Shown here: positions 19,028-31,392 of the stretch, piece by piece
How positions within the stretch are numbered: position 1 is the first letter of the stretch
Layout: each line of letters starts with the position of its first letter
Assembly (NCBI GenBank): GCA_965263355.1
Contig: CBDHHL010000056.1
Span: 1,440,001-1,504,000, forward strand
Direction of reading: 5' to 3'
DNA from: Leptolyngbyaceae cyanobacterium
GTDB lineage: Bacteria > Cyanobacteriota > Cyanobacteriia > Phormidesmidales > Phormidesmidaceae
Length of the DNA stretch: 64,000 bases
Notes under the pieces: model-generated
Seen by the model: the letters and a program-made list of their open reading frames with translations, nothing else
The model's database searches: none
Told to the model about the DNA's origin: nothing
Made by a program: the position numbers and the translations under genes

Positions 19028-21448
19028 TTAGCACTTAGTTACATAGGGCCATTTCCAATGAACAATTTCCTCTTGATCCCTACCATGCTCATGGGCATAG
19101 GCAAGACACTCAATGATTTTGTTCTTCATGCGTTCTTTTACGTGTCCCGCTGCCGAGCCCAGTTTGGGGACTCGATTAATCACATCGATCACCAGGTTAA
19201 AGCGATCCACCTGGTTATTGATGGCTAGTTCCAGGGGAGTGTTGATATTGCCTTGTTCCTTGTACCCTCGCACATGGATACGTTCCTGATTAGAACGACG
19301 GTAGACCAGCTTATGAATTAGCCAGGGATAGCCATGAAAATTAAAGATAACGGGCTTATCTGGCGTAAACAGAGAATCAAAATCCCAGTCCGACAAACCG
19401 TGGGGGTGCTCGCCCTCAGACACTAGTTTGAATAAATCCACCACATTGACAAAACGTACCTTTAGCTCTGGAAACTCAGCTCGGAGGATTGCCGTAGCGG
19501 CCAGAGCTTCCATGGTGGGAATATCACCGCAGGCAGCCATCACTACGTCCGGCTCATCTGGATTAGTGCCACAGTCATCGTTGCTGGCCCAATCCCAGAT
19601 GCCAATACCCTTGGTACAATGGGCAATGGCCTCATCCATGGGCAGGTACTGCAGGTGCTTCTGTTTGTCTGAAATAATCACATTGATATAGTTGGTACTA
19701 CAGAAACAGTGGTCGGCCACCGATAACAAACAATTTGCATCTGGTGGGAAATAAACCCGTACTACATCAGGACTTTTATTGGTCACCAAATCGACATAAC
19801 CAGGGTCCTGGTGACTAAAGCCGTTGTGGTCCTGCCGCCACACCAGGGATGACAACAAAATGTTCAACGACGATACTGAGCGTCGCCAGGGCACCTGATT
19901 CCGACAAATATCAAGCCATTTGGCATGCTGGTTAAACATGGAGTCCACTACATGGGCAAATGCCTCATAGGTGTGGAAAAGACCATGGCGTCCGGTGAGT
20001 AGATACGCTTCTAGCCACCCCTGGAGCGTATGCTCACTAAGCATTTCCATCACCCGACCATCGCGAGATAGTTCGCTACCGCCTTCATCCTCTGGATAGA
20101 TATCTGCCATCCAGACCTTTTTAGTCACTTCATAGACATTCTGCAATCGGTTTGATGCGGTTTCATCGGGACCCATCAGACGGAAATTGTCGGGATTTTT
20201 CTGAATGATGTCTCGCATTAGAAAACCGAGTACCCGAGTGTTCTCAAACTCTTCGGTACCATGGTGGTCCATCTGGATGGCATAGTCGCGAAAATCAGGC
20301 ATTTTTAGAGCCTTGCGTAGCAAACCACCGTTAGCATGGGGGTTGGAACCCATACGGCGGTTACCGACCGGAGCTAATGCCTTTAATTCAGGAATTAACG
20401 CCCCTGTCTCATCAAACAACTCGTCTGGTTTGTAGCTACGCATCCACTCTTCTAGCCTACGTAGATGGTCGGGATTATCATGCATCCCGCCCATGGGCAC
20501 CTGGTGAGACCGCCAGAAGTCTTCTACCTTTTTGCCATCAACTTCGGCAGGTCCGGTCCAGCCCTTGGGTGTGCGCAGCACAATCATAGGCCAGCGGGGA
20601 CGCTCTATTTTGCCCGATATACGGGCTTCCCGCTGAATTGTCTTAATCTTTAAGACACAGTCTTCCATTACCGACGCCATCTTCTGGTGCATCTCGGCAG
20701 GATCTTTTCCTTCTACAAAGTAGGGAGTGTAGCCATAGCCTCGGAACAACGCCTCCAATTCCTCATGGGATATACGCGCCAAAATAGTTGGGTTAGCAAT
20801 CTTGTATCCATTCAGGTTCAGAATAGGCAAGACTGCCCCATCCCGTGCCGGGTTGATAAACTTGTTAGAATGCCAGGCGGTTGCCAGAGGACCCGTTTCT
20901 GCTTCACCATCCCCTACCACACAGGCAACAATCAGATCTGGATTATCAAGCACGGCCCCATAAGAATGGGAAACACTATAGCCCAGCTCTCCCCCTTCAT
21001 GGATTGATCCCGGTGTTTCTGGGGTAACATGACTGCCGATAAAACCAGGAAAAGAGAACTGTTTAAAGAATCTCTGCATCCCTTCGGTATCTTCACTTTT
21101 ATCGGGATAGATTTCTGCGTAGGTGCCTTCCAGATAAACAGGACCCAAAACACCCGGTGCACCATGGCCGGGACCAGCCACAAAAATCATGTCTAGGTCG
21201 TATTTTTTGATTAGGTGATTGCAGTGGATGTAGGTAAAGCTCAAGGCAGGTGAAGCCCCCCAGTGGCCCAGTAGTCGATGCTTTACATGTTCAGCCTGAA
21301 GGGGTTCCTTGAGGAGTGGATTGGCACGCAAATAGATCATCCCAACAGCGAGATAGTTGCATGCGCGCCAATAGGCATCAATCTTGCTAAGTTCGTCTTC
21401 AGTTAGGGTAGCTGGCTTGGAAATAGCTTGTTGGACAGCATGAATCAT
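19028..21448 (-). CDS. xfp: Phosphoketolase (XFP)
   Basis: [46 protein letters not shown]. Confidence 0.97.
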   Translation of the reverse strand: MIHAVQQAISKPATLTEDELSKIDAYWRACNYLAVGMIYLRANPLLKEPLQAEHVKHRLLGHWGASPALSFTYIHCNHLIKKYDLDMIFVAGPGHGAPGVLGPVYLEGTYAEIYPDKSEDTEGMQRFFKQFSFPGFIGSHVTPETPGSIHEGGELGYSVSHSYGAVLDNPDLIVACVVGDGEAETGPLATAWHSNKFINPARDGAVLPILNLNGYKIANPTILARISHEELEALFRGYGYTPYFVEGKDPAEMHQKMASVMEDCVLKIKTIQREARISGKIERPRWPMIVLRTPKGWTGPAEVDGKKVEDFWRSHQVPMGGMHDNPDHLRRLEEWMRSYKPDELFDETGALIPELKALAPVGNRRMGSNPHANGGLLRKALKMPDFRDYAIQMDHHGTEEFENTRVLGFLMRDIIQKNPDNFRLMGPDETASNRLQNVYEVTKKVWMADIYPEDEGGSELSRDGRVMEMLSEHTLQGWLEAYLLTGRHGLFHTYEAFAHVVDSMFNQHAKWLDICRNQVPWRRSVSSLNILLSSLVWRQDHNGFSHQDPGYVDLVTNKSPDVVRVYFPPDANCLLSVADHCFCSTNYINVIISDKQKHLQYLPMDEAIAHCTKGIGIWDWASNDDCGTNPDEPDVVMAACGDIPTMEALAATAILRAEFPELKVRFVNVVDLFKLVSEGEHPHGLSDWDFDSLFTPDKPVIFNFHGYPWLIHKLVYRRSNQERIHVRGYKEQGNINTPLELAINNQVDRFNLVIDVINRVPKLGSAAGHVKERMKNKIIECLAYAHEHGRDQEEIVHWKWPYVTKC

Positions 21449-21502
21449 ACGTATGTTTCCTCAAACAATATGAACTGGTCATTTCTATAAATTTCGGTTT
21501 TA

Positions 21503-21644
21503 AGTAGGCAGGCTCAATCTTTTTTATAAAAATGTGGCAGACCTGTTTAAGGGTCTAGGGTCTGCCCGTCTAGCTAAGCTTAAAAGATCTGCAGTACAGG
21601 AAGACGGGACCTGGAGATTTGCTTGCTAATGGGAACTACCTACT
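21503..21644. mobile_element. MITE-like element in the xfp upstream region
   Basis: TA-AGTAGGCAG...CTACCTACT-TA; same terminal sequence type as the 9607-9769 element. Confidence 0.6.
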
Positions 21645-21699
21645 TAATATCCTCGCAGCTATGCTTGAAAAAACAAGATGCTTTCTGGGGCATGCCTTA

Positions 21700-21745
21700 G
21701 AAACCCGTCGGAAAAAATTAGACTTACCCCAAGTAAAAAAATGCT
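21700..21745 (-). promoter_or_regulatory. 46-bp conserved motif, copy B (tandem ChlR-like boxes)
   Basis: Minus strand AGCATTTTTTTACTTGGGGTAAGTCTAATTTTTTCCGACGGGTTTC, upstream of xfp-ackA. Confidence 0.7.
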
Positions 21746-21850
21746 AATGCCCTTGCTAACGACCATTTTTGAAGAAAAAATGGATTTTTTATGCGAGGCT
21801 ATTGTGATTAGCATTAAAAACATTAGCCTGTCGTCTTTAGACTGAATGAT

Positions 21851-24628
21851 TTATAAATCCTGGTAAACATGGACCTCGCTCCCCCCATGATGAACTGTAA
21901 AACCGAGCTTTTTGCACAGATGTTGCATAGCGCGATTTTCAGGCAAAATCTCTGCAGAAATCTTTTGGAGCTTTTCAGCTCGACCGATGTCTAGCAGAGC
22001 GCGCAACAACACTGTGCCTAACCCTTGACCGTGGTAGCAGTCGCTGACCATCATGCCAAACTCAGCTTCATTACGACCGTGCAGCCGACTGAGACGGGCT
22101 ACCCCCAGGATCGAGCGCTGACCGGTCTCAGGTTCGTTATGTTCTGCCACCAGCGCCATTTCACGGTCGTAGTCAATAAAACAGATGCGGGTAAGGCGCT
22201 CATGGGAAATCCGGGTCTGGAGCTTAATTAAATGAAAATATCGAAAATAAATGCTCTCTTCTGAGAGCGTTTGGTGGAAGGCGACAATCAGCGGTTCATC
22301 TTCTGGTCGGATGGGGCGAATGGTCACTGCTACACCATTTGTCATGGTCCAGGGTGTAACATATTGCACAGGATAGGGGCGAATGGCGGGTTTCGGTAGG
22401 GATTGCTCCTCTGGACCATGGAGAACTACCCGCGCATCCAGGGCCAACAGCTGGTCAGAAGACACCAGCAGCGGATTGATATCGATCTCTTTAATTTCAG
22501 GATAGGTCACCACCAGCTGGCTAAATCTCACCAACAGCTGCTCCAGAGCATTAAGATCGACGCTGGGCTGTCCCCGTACTCCCTGGAGGGCCTTGTATAT
22601 CCGAGTTTTTTCCATCAGACGCCGGGCCAAGGTGGTGTTGAGAGGGGGGAGCCCCAGGGCGCGATCGCGATAGACCTCCACCAGCTGACCGCCACTGCCA
22701 AACAGCAGCACGGGGCCGAGTTGTTGATCAATACTACTGCCCACAATCAGCTCATAGCCCTTGAGGGACACCATCGGCTGCACCGTTACGCCCAAACAGT
22801 CTCCCGGCTGGCCAATGGCGGCAATGGCCTGATAGGCCGCTCTCACTGCAGCCTCGTCCGCTAGATTTAGCTTGACGCCCCCCACATCGGTTTTGTGAGT
22901 AATGGTGTGGGAATGCAGTTTGAGCACCACCGGATAGCCGATTTGCTCAGCCAGAGCCACCGCTTCATTGGCTGATTTAGCTAAATAAGTGGTAACGGTA
23001 GGAATACCATAGGCACTGAGCAACTGTTTAGATTCCCACTCACTCAATAACAACCGGTTGGCGGCCCTGGCCTCCGTCAACAACTTGGGAATTACCTGGG
23101 TATCTAAATCAGGAGTTGTTGTTAAGCTAGGTGTCTCGTAGAGCGCGTGCAGATTGTCGCTATACTGCGCCATCAGCGTAAATACGTGGGCCGCTGCATC
23201 GGGATAGGGCAAGGTAAAAATACTGCTCTGATTCAGCTGGTCCTCACCGACGGCCACCCTATCCATCCCCATCCAGCTGGCCAACAGGGGTTTGTTTTTC
23301 CAATGGTGGGCCCTTTTCTGCAGCTGGGCTGCAGTTTCCGTGGGTTGGGTCATGGCCTGGGGAGTGAGAATTACCAGCAGACCATCACTATTAGGATCCT
23401 GGGCCAATACATCCAGGGCTGCTCCATAACGTTCCGGTGTAGCATCCCCCAAAATATCGATGGGATTCTGACGGCTCCAGTGGGTGGGCAACAGCTGATC
23501 CAGAGCATCCACCGTTTCCGTACTCAAGCGTGCCAGTTCTCCGCCGCTACGGATCAGGGCATCGGTGGTCAGTACCCCTGGTCCCCCAGCATTGGTTAGA
23601 ATTGTCAACCGCTTGCCGCGAGGTCGGGGTTGTTTACCCAGAACTTCGGCTAAATTAAACAGCTCATCAATGGTGTTAACCCGCAGCACACCACAGCGAC
23701 GAAAGGCCGCATCCAATGCCTCGTCACTGCCGGCCATAGCCCCAGTGTGGGAAGCCGCCGCCTGGGCTGCCCGCTGGGTGCGCCCGGACTTAATTACAAT
23801 GATGGGCTTGCTCAGGGCAACTTCTCTCGCTGCCGAGAGAAACGATCGGGCATTACCGATGGTTTCCATGTAAATAACAATACTCTCGGTGGCCGGGTCA
23901 TCCCCCAGATAGTAAATTAAATCTCCCCAGTCAATGTCCACCATGGAGCCAATGGACACAAAAGCGCTAAAGCCCACATTCTCCCGCAGACTCCAGTCTA
24001 AAATTGAAGTGCAGAGCGCCCCACTCTGACTAATAAAGCCCACGCTGCCTGCCCGAGCCATAGTACTGGCAAAAGTGGCATTGAGGCCGCTGGTTGGGCA
24101 CATCAGCCCTAAACAATTGGGGCCCAGAATGCGCACATGATGACGTCGTGCGGCAGTCAAAACCTCCTTTTCTAAGGCCACCCCAGCTGCACCAATTTCC
24201 CTAAACCCAGCAGAGAGAATGATCACCCCTTTGACCCCGGCCTGTCCACATTGGTCAATCACCGCTGGCACCCCATTTGAAGGGATAGCGATAATGGCTA
24301 GATCGACCACCTCAGGGACTTCGCCAATGGTTGGATAAGCTTTGATCCCAAGCACATTGGAGCGGGTTGGATGGACTGGAAAAACAGTGCCACCAAACGA
24401 ACTGCTAATCAGATTCCATAGCAGGGTACGGCCAACACTACCGGGACGTTCGGTAGCACCAATTACAGCAACAGTTTGAGGGGCAAAAAAGGGAGAGAGG
24501 GGCTGATAATCGTAACGAAAAATGTCGTGGGCCGGATCGGGACAGCGCAGAGTTAGCGACTCTGCCCTCGATTTATCGGCGATGGTCTCGGTTCTACCAC
24601 TAGAGGTAGCTACATCAAATATTGTCAT
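21851..24628 (-). CDS. Acetate-CoA ligase (ADP-forming) family / GNAT acetyltransferase fusion
   Basis: CoA-binding VAVIGA, GPNCLG, SQSGA, ASHTG; ATP-grasp [16 protein letters not shown]-terminal [12 protein letters not shown]...GQGLG. Confidence 0.93.
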   Translation of the reverse strand: MTIFDVATSSGRTETIADKSRAESLTLRCPDPAHDIFRYDYQPLSPFFAPQTVAVIGATERPGSVGRTLLWNLISSSFGGTVFPVHPTRSNVLGIKAYPTIGEVPEVVDLAIIAIPSNGVPAVIDQCGQAGVKGVIILSAGFREIGAAGVALEKEVLTAARRHHVRILGPNCLGLMCPTSGLNATFASTMARAGSVGFISQSGALCTSILDWSLRENVGFSAFVSIGSMVDIDWGDLIYYLGDDPATESIVIYMETIGNARSFLSAAREVALSKPIIVIKSGRTQRAAQAAASHTGAMAGSDEALDAAFRRCGVLRVNTIDELFNLAEVLGKQPRPRGKRLTILTNAGGPGVLTTDALIRSGGELARLSTETVDALDQLLPTHWSRQNPIDILGDATPERYGAALDVLAQDPNSDGLLVILTPQAMTQPTETAAQLQKRAHHWKNKPLLASWMGMDRVAVGEDQLNQSSIFTLPYPDAAAHVFTLMAQYSDNLHALYETPSLTTTPDLDTQVIPKLLTEARAANRLLLSEWESKQLLSAYGIPTVTTYLAKSANEAVALAEQIGYPVVLKLHSHTITHKTDVGGVKLNLADEAAVRAAYQAIAAIGQPGDCLGVTVQPMVSLKGYELIVGSSIDQQLGPVLLFGSGGQLVEVYRDRALGLPPLNTTLARRLMEKTRIYKALQGVRGQPSVDLNALEQLLVRFSQLVVTYPEIKEIDINPLLVSSDQLLALDARVVLHGPEEQSLPKPAIRPYPVQYVTPWTMTNGVAVTIRPIRPEDEPLIVAFHQTLSEESIYFRYFHLIKLQTRISHERLTRICFIDYDREMALVAEHNEPETGQRSILGVARLSRLHGRNEAEFGMMVSDCYHGQGLGTVLLRALLDIGRAEKLQKISAEILPENRAMQHLCKKLGFTVHHGGSEVHVYQDL

Positions 24629-24994
24629 AAAACAATGCCTCCAACATCTCCTACTATGTCTAGAGTGACTTACCTAGCGGATTAACTGCTTATAACTGCG
24701 AGGCATACTAATAGAGCTTTTAGAGCGTCAGTGCTCTATTTACCCACGGATCCAGATATGGTCATTACGGTAAAGGGATTATATTTTTACTAGCTTTTAT
24801 TCGCTAATCCTTAAAAGGAGGATACCCTCAGGTCACTTCACTTCAGAGTGTATCTCGTTTCTTTTTAGTTGTTTGCATCAATCTAACCAATGAATTCTTA
24901 TTTTTTTATTTGAATGTGATGCGCGACACCAAAAACCCTCAAGACTGGTAACAACGACAACATTATGACAGGCTTGCTATGTCCAAACTTCAGA

Positions 24995-25060
24995 GTTTTG
25001 AAACATTATTGTTGTTTATATACACAGGCTTTAGGGTTTTGAAACATTGCTGTTGTTTAT
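24995..25060. repeat. 25-bp direct repeat in the divergent promoter region
   Basis: GTTTTGAAACATTATTGTTGTTTAT (24995) and GTTTTGAAACATTGCTGTTGTTTAT (25036). Confidence 0.8.
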
Positions 25061-25448
25061 GTAAGATTGTTGCAATAAATCAGAATGCTTATTAAAAGAT
25101 AACGCTACTGTAAACTGTAACGAAAATGTCTGCCACTCTGAAACTTTTTGCTATATTGAACAAGTAAGCAAGATTACTCACTAAATAGTTTTTGGGGCAT
25201 TGTTCATCAGGTTTTAATGCACTCTTCAGTATCAATGCGTAAATACTCTTCAGAGTATATCTGTTAGGTTCTATGTAGTAACAGGCGTCTTAGAGGATCA
25301 TCAATCCTCCGTAGAATTCCCCAAAAATACTACGAAATTCTAAGGCTTGTTAGATAGAAATCTCTTCATTAGTTTGGATCTTGCTTGCTAAGAACCTGAA
25401 CATATCAAAACAGCCAGTGCAGTACGTTTGCTGGGAGATTAATAAGTC

Positions 25449-27734
25449 ATGAGTATTGCCAATACCACAGTTCACCAAAAAAGTCAGACAGGGGTTTCAG
25501 TCAAGCCTGTTCAACCGTGGCGTCAGTTTACACCAGGAACCTGGATGACTGAAGTCAACGTTCGAGACTTTATTCAAAAGAACTATTCCCCCTATGAAGG
25601 AGATGGGGCGTTTTTAGTGTCGATTAGCGATCGCACCCAGCAGCTCTGGGATAACGTCACCGATTTAATGCGCTTAGAGCGGGAGCGGGGCATTTTAGAC
25701 GCCGACAATCAGCTACCCACGGGAATTACGGCCCACGCACCGGGATACATTGATCAGCGCCTGGAGCAAATTGTCGGTCTACAAACCGACAAGCCCTTAA
25801 AACGAGCCATTATGCCCCTGGGCGGTATTCGGGTGGTAAAAAAATCCCTGGAAGCCTACGGTTACGAGATTGATCCCCAGACACTGGAGATTTTTACCAA
25901 GCATCGTAAAACCCACAATGACGGCGTATTTGATGCCTACACTGCAGAAATGAAACGGGCGCGCCATGCGGGCATTATCACCGGGTTACCCGATGCCTAC
26001 GGACGGGGCCGCATCATTGGCGACTATCGTCGGGTCGCGCTGTATGGTTGCGATCGCTTAATTCTAGATAAACAACAGCAGCTGCAATCTTTGGAATTAG
26101 ACGTTCTGGATGAAACAGTGATTCGTCAGCGTGAAGAGATTGCTGAACAAATCCGAGCCTTGCAAGAACTGAGACAGATGGCCACTGCCTACGGCTGTGA
26201 TATTGCCAGACCCGCCTCCACCGGTCAGGAGGCGGTGCAGTGGACCTATTTTGGTTATTTAGGCGCGATTAAAGAACAAAATGGCGCTGCCATGTCCCTG
26301 GGACGAGTGTCAACGTTTTTAGATATTTATATCCAGCGGGATCTGGCCAATGGCGACCTGACCGAAGTCGAGGCCCAGGAGCTGATCGACCAGTTTGTAA
26401 TGAAACTGCGCATGGTGCGATTTCTCCGGGCTCCTGCCTACAATCAGCTGTTCTCAGGCGATCCCGTATGGGTGACTGAGTCCATTGGTGGCATGGGTCT
26501 AGACGGTCGTCCCCTGGTAACCAAAACCAGCTTCCGCTGTTTGCAAACCCTCTACAATTTAGGGCCAGCCCCAGAACCCAATCTCACCGTGCTGTGGTCA
26601 GAACAGTTGCCCCGAGGGTTTAAACAGTTCTGTGCCAGAGTGTCTAAAGACACTAGCTCAATCCAGTATGAAAACGATGACCTGATGCGGGCTGACTATG
26701 GCGATGATTATGGCATTGCCTGCTGTGTATCGGCCATGCCCATTGGCAAACAAATGCAGTTTTTTGGAGCCCGCGTGAACCTGGCTAAAGCGCTACTCTA
26801 TGCCATCAATGGGGGTAAGGATGAAAAGTCAGGAGAACAGGTGGCTCCTGCCTATGCACCGGTTGCGGGAGACTGGCTGAACTACGATGAGGTAATGCCC
26901 AAATTTGATATCCTGATGGCCTGGTTAGCCAAGCTGTATGTGAATACGCTCAATGTGATTCACTACATGCATGACAAATATTGCTATGAGCGGATAGAAA
27001 TGGCTCTCCATGACCGAGATGTCTATCGCACCATGGCCTGTGGCATTGCCGGACTGTCAGTGGTGGCGGATTCTCTCTCGGCCATTAAGTACGGCCAGGT
27101 AAAAGTCGTTCGCAATGATGCTGGACTAGCGGTTGATTATAAGGTCTATGGCGACTATCCTGCCTTTGGCAACAATGATGAGCGGGTGGATGCAATCACG
27201 TCGGATCTTGTCCGTCGATTTATGAATCACATTCGTCAGCATAAGACCTATCGCAACGCCGTACCCACCCAGTCAATTCTCACCATCACGTCCAATGTGG
27301 TCTATGGCAAAAAGACTGGCAGCACTCCCGACGGGCGTAAGGCGGGTGAGCCCTTTGCGCCTGGAGCTAATCCCATGCACGGTCGCGATACCAAAGGTGC
27401 GATCGCAGCCTGTGAATCCGTGGCCCATCTCCCCTACCAACACGCCCAGGATGGTATCTCCTACACCTTCTCTATTGTGCCTGATGCCCTGGGTAAAACC
27501 GATGTGGATCAGGTCAACAATCTAGTCGGTTTGTTAGACGGCTACTTTCACAACACAGGACAACACATCAATGTGAATGTGCTCAACCGTGACACATTGT
27601 TAGATGCCATGGAACATCCTGAAAAATATCCCCAGCTAACAATTCGGGTTTCGGGCTACGCAGTGAACTTTATTAAACTCACCCGTGAGCAACAGATGGA
27701 TGTGATCAATCGGACCTTCCATAGTCGGTTCTGA
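25449..27734 (+). CDS. pflB: Pyruvate formate-lyase
   Basis: IACCVS catalytic Cys pair; RVSGY glycyl-radical motif. Confidence 0.98.
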   Translation: MSIANTTVHQKSQTGVSVKPVQPWRQFTPGTWMTEVNVRDFIQKNYSPYEGDGAFLVSISDRTQQLWDNVTDLMRLERERGILDADNQLPTGITAHAPGYIDQRLEQIVGLQTDKPLKRAIMPLGGIRVVKKSLEAYGYEIDPQTLEIFTKHRKTHNDGVFDAYTAEMKRARHAGIITGLPDAYGRGRIIGDYRRVALYGCDRLILDKQQQLQSLELDVLDETVIRQREEIAEQIRALQELRQMATAYGCDIARPASTGQEAVQWTYFGYLGAIKEQNGAAMSLGRVSTFLDIYIQRDLANGDLTEVEAQELIDQFVMKLRMVRFLRAPAYNQLFSGDPVWVTESIGGMGLDGRPLVTKTSFRCLQTLYNLGPAPEPNLTVLWSEQLPRGFKQFCARVSKDTSSIQYENDDLMRADYGDDYGIACCVSAMPIGKQMQFFGARVNLAKALLYAINGGKDEKSGEQVAPAYAPVAGDWLNYDEVMPKFDILMAWLAKLYVNTLNVIHYMHDKYCYERIEMALHDRDVYRTMACGIAGLSVVADSLSAIKYGQVKVVRNDAGLAVDYKVYGDYPAFGNNDERVDAITSDLVRRFMNHIRQHKTYRNAVPTQSILTITSNVVYGKKTGSTPDGRKAGEPFAPGANPMHGRDTKGAIAACESVAHLPYQHAQDGISYTFSIVPDALGKTDVDQVNNLVGLLDGYFHNTGQHINVNVLNRDTLLDAMEHPEKYPQLTIRVSGYAVNFIKLTREQQMDVINRTFHSRF

Positions 27735-27751
27735 TAGTTGTCTCCACAGAC

Positions 27752-27777
27752 GGGGCAGGCACGAGGCCTGCCCCTAC
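27752..27777 (-). repeat. GTAG-type REP-like palindrome between pflB and pflA
   Basis: Minus strand GTAGGGGCAGGCCTCGTGCCTGCCCC. Confidence 0.55.
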
Positions 27778-27812
27778 CTTTCAATTTCTCCTAGCCAGAG
27801 GATTGTTCTCTT

Positions 27813-28577
27813 ATGTTAATTCCTCGTTTAGCCTCGCCTTTGCCCACTGCTGTCACAGGTCGTCTTCACTCAATTGAAACCTGCGGCACCGTTGATGGCC
27901 CCGGTATTCGCTATGTCGTGTTTACCCAGGGATGTCCGCTGCGATGTTTGTATTGCCACAATCCTGACTGTCGCACCGTGGAAGGAGGACGCGAAGTGAC
28001 CGTGGCTGAGATTATGACCGATATTCTGCGCTACCGGACTTATTTGGAGGCATCTGGCGGTGGCGTGACGGTTACCGGAGGCGAACCCTTGATGCAGCCT
28101 GAGTTTGTTGCAGAATTGTTGCGCTGCTGCCAGAATGAAGGCCTGCACACAGCGCTGGACACCTCAGGATTCTCTGACCTGGCAGCAGCCCGACAAGTAT
28201 TACCCTATACCGATCTTGTTTTACTCGACATTAAGTCCTTTGATCGAGACCTTTTTCAACGGGTCACCCATGTTTCTCAAGCCCCCACCCTGCGGCTGGC
28301 CAACTACCTTAAAGAGATTCAAAAACCCGCCTGGATTCGGTTTGTTTTAGTCCCCGGACTCACCGATCCCGAAAACAATGTAGAAGGATTGGCAGAGTTT
28401 GTTGCCACATTGACTAATGTTGAATGGGTGGAAGTTTTACCATTTCATCAAATGGGGGCCTACAAGTGGAAAGCCTTGGGCTATGACTATCAGCTAAAAG
28501 AAACAATTCCCCCCAGTCAAGACCAAATTGAGCACGTGAAAACGCTATTTCAACAGCATGGATTAAACGTTCGCTAA
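27813..28577 (+). CDS. pflA: PFL-activating radical SAM enzyme
   Basis: GTVDGPGIR, CPLRCLYCHNPD (CxxxCxxC), TGGEP. Confidence 0.97.
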   Translation: MLIPRLASPLPTAVTGRLHSIETCGTVDGPGIRYVVFTQGCPLRCLYCHNPDCRTVEGGREVTVAEIMTDILRYRTYLEASGGGVTVTGGEPLMQPEFVAELLRCCQNEGLHTALDTSGFSDLAAARQVLPYTDLVLLDIKSFDRDLFQRVTHVSQAPTLRLANYLKEIQKPAWIRFVLVPGLTDPENNVEGLAEFVATLTNVEWVEVLPFHQMGAYKWKALGYDYQLKETIPPSQDQIEHVKTLFQQHGLNVR

Positions 28578-28591
28578 AGGATTGTTGAATT

Positions 28592-31255
28592 ATGACATCA
28601 CTATCGTCTCCCACTGATGTTCGGGTCAATACCCTGAAAAGTTTAGAAGAGTTAATTTCATACGTAAAAAAAGCCCAGGAGATTTATGCGGGCTTTGATC
28701 AGGCCCAGGTAGATGCGATTTTTAAGCAGGCAGCGATCGCAGCCAATAATGCCCGTCTGCCCCTAGCTAAACAAGCCGTTGCCGAAACCGGCATGGGGGT
28801 GATCGAAGATAAGGTGATCAAAAATCACTTTGCCTCGGAATATATTTACAACAAATATAAGCATGAAAAAACCTGTGGGATAATCTACTCCGATGTGCAC
28901 TACGGCATCCAGAAAGTAGCCGAACCCATTGGAGTGATTGCGGGGATTGTGCCCACCACCAACCCCACGGCCACCGCTATCTTTAAGGCATTGCTTTGTC
29001 TCAAAACTCGCAACGCCATTATTTTTTCTCCCCATCCCCGCGCTAAGGCCTGCACCATTGCGGCAGCTAAAGTGATCCGAGATGCGGCTGTCAAAGCAGG
29101 GGCTCCCGTAGATCTCATTGGTTGGATCGATGAACCCACCCTGGAACTCTCCCAGGCATTGATGCAGCACCCTGATATTAAACTGATTCTAGCCACGGGC
29201 GGCCCTGGCATGGTCAAGGCCGCCTATTCCTCTGGCCATCCGTCTTTGGGGGTGGGAGCAGGCAATACCCCAGCGCTAATTGATGAGACCGCCGATATCC
29301 AAATGGCCGTGAGTTCAATCTTACTGAGTAAAACCTTTGATAACGGCATGATCTGTGCATCGGAACAGTCTGCTGTGGTCGCTGATGAGATTTACGACGA
29401 CGTTAAGCAAGAGTTTATTAAGCGGGGGGCCTATTTTCTCAACCCAGACGAACAGACCCGAGTGGCTCAACTCCTGCTCAAAAATGGGCGGCTCAATGCT
29501 GAGGTTGTGGGGCAGCCGATTACCCAGTTAGCGCAGCTGGCTAATTTGAAGGTTCCTGAAGGGACCAAACTCCTGATTGGTGAAGTCAACACCATTGGTC
29601 CGGAAGAGCCCTTCTCCTATGAAAAACTTTCACTGATTTTAGCACTATACCGGGCATCGGACTTTGCTACGGGGGTAGAACAGGCTAAACAGCTGGTGAA
29701 CTTTGCCGGACGGGGTCATACGTCGGTACTGTATACCCATCCTGACAATCGCGATCGCATCGTTCAATTTGAAAATGAACTGGCCACATCGCGGGTATTA
29801 ATCAATACCCCGTCTTCCCAGGGAGCCATTGGCGATCTCTATAACTTTAAGCTTGATCCCTCACTTACCCTGGGCTGCGGCACCTGGGGTGGCAACTCTG
29901 TTTCGGAAAATGTTGGTGTGCACCATTTACTCAATGTCAAAACGGTAACTGAACGGCGAGAGAATATGCTGTGGTTCCGCGTGCCCCCCAAGGTTTATTT
30001 CAAATCGGGGTGTATTCCCGTAGCCCTGGGGGATCTGGCCCATAAAAAGCGGGCCTTTATTGTGACCGACCGACCATTGTTTGACATGGGCTTTACGAAA
30101 GAGATTACTGACACCCTAGAAACCCTTGGCATTGAGCATCACACCTTTTTTGATGTGGAGCCCGACCCATCTCTCTCGACGGTGCAGCGGGGGTTAGCCG
30201 TGATCAACACCTTCCAGCCCGATGTGATTATTGCCCTGGGTGGGGGGTCTCCCATGGATGCCGCTAAGGTGATGTGGCTGATGTATGAGCATCCTGAAGT
30301 GGAGTTCGAAGGTCTGGCCATGCGGTTTATGGACATTCGCAAACGGGTGTACGAGCTGCCGCCCCTGGGAGAAAAAGCGATTCTTGTCGCCATTCCTACC
30401 ACATCGGGCACCGGTTCCGAAGTGACCCCCTTTGCCGTGGTTACCGACGACCGGGAGAGCATCAAATATCCGCTAGCGGACTATGCCCTCACCCCCACCA
30501 TGGCCATCATTGACCCAGAGCTGGTGCGGCACATGCCCAAAAAGCTGACCGCCTATGGTGGTATCGATGCCCTCACTCACGCATTGGAGGCCTATGTTTC
30601 TGTGCTCGCCACCGAGTTTACCGATGGGTTAGCGCTCGAAGCCATTGGGCTGTTAGTGCAATATCTCCCCCGTGCCTATCAGCATGGTCCCAACGACCCG
30701 GAAGCTCGGGAGAAAGTTCACTATGCCGCCACCATCGCTGGTATGGCCTTTGCCAATGCGTTTCTCGGCATCTGTCACTCCCTGGCCCACAAACTTGGGT
30801 CCACATTCCACGTGCCCCATGGCTTGGCCAATGCGCTGATGATTTCCCATGTGATTCGGTATAACGCCACTGATGCCCCGTTTAAGCAGGCGATCTTCCC
30901 CCAGTATGAGTATCCTCAGGCTAAGGCAAGATATGCTGCGATCGCAGATTCACTCCAGCTTGGGGGCAACACCGATGACGAGAAAGTAGATCTTTTAATC
31001 GAGGCGATTGAATCCTTAAAACAACAGGTGGATATCCCCAGCAATCTACGAGCGGTGCTGAGTGAAGATGAGCACACCTTCTTTGAACATCTGGATCTAA
31101 TGGCCGAGCAAGCCTTTGATGACCAGTGTACGGGGGCCAACCCTCGCTACCCTCTGATTCAGGATCTTAAGGCACTCTACATTGCAGCCTATCGCGACGG
31201 TCTTGCTGTTCCACAATCAACGACTGCAGCCGCAATGGAGGAGGTCGCCCACTAA
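28592..31255 (+). CDS. adhE: Bifunctional acetaldehyde-CoA/alcohol dehydrogenase
   Basis: PTTNPT, FDNGMICASEQ, LGCGTWGGNS, GGGSPMDAAK, HSLAH, HGLAN. Confidence 0.98.
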   Translation: MTSLSSPTDVRVNTLKSLEELISYVKKAQEIYAGFDQAQVDAIFKQAAIAANNARLPLAKQAVAETGMGVIEDKVIKNHFASEYIYNKYKHEKTCGIIYSDVHYGIQKVAEPIGVIAGIVPTTNPTATAIFKALLCLKTRNAIIFSPHPRAKACTIAAAKVIRDAAVKAGAPVDLIGWIDEPTLELSQALMQHPDIKLILATGGPGMVKAAYSSGHPSLGVGAGNTPALIDETADIQMAVSSILLSKTFDNGMICASEQSAVVADEIYDDVKQEFIKRGAYFLNPDEQTRVAQLLLKNGRLNAEVVGQPITQLAQLANLKVPEGTKLLIGEVNTIGPEEPFSYEKLSLILALYRASDFATGVEQAKQLVNFAGRGHTSVLYTHPDNRDRIVQFENELATSRVLINTPSSQGAIGDLYNFKLDPSLTLGCGTWGGNSVSENVGVHHLLNVKTVTERRENMLWFRVPPKVYFKSGCIPVALGDLAHKKRAFIVTDRPLFDMGFTKEITDTLETLGIEHHTFFDVEPDPSLSTVQRGLAVINTFQPDVIIALGGGSPMDAAKVMWLMYEHPEVEFEGLAMRFMDIRKRVYELPPLGEKAILVAIPTTSGTGSEVTPFAVVTDDRESIKYPLADYALTPTMAIIDPELVRHMPKKLTAYGGIDALTHALEAYVSVLATEFTDGLALEAIGLLVQYLPRAYQHGPNDPEAREKVHYAATIAGMAFANAFLGICHSLAHKLGSTFHVPHGLANALMISHVIRYNATDAPFKQAIFPQYEYPQAKARYAAIADSLQLGGNTDDEKVDLLIEAIESLKQQVDIPSNLRAVLSEDEHTFFEHLDLMAEQAFDDQCTGANPRYPLIQDLKALYIAAYRDGLAVPQSTTAAAMEEVAH

Positions 31256-31271
31256 ATTTCAAACGCTATCT

Positions 31272-31328
31272 AACGATCCCCCAAGTGACTTCTATCTGAG
31301 GAGACTGTTACAGTCACGGGGGATCGTT
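31272..31328 (+). terminator. Long hairpin between adhE and glgX
   Basis: AACGATCCCCC...GGGGGATCGTT inverted repeat. Confidence 0.55.
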
Positions 31329-31392
31329 GACTGTTAACAATTGAGCTAAGTATGGCAGAATCTAGGTACCCACAAGGAGGTCCCAAAATGAA

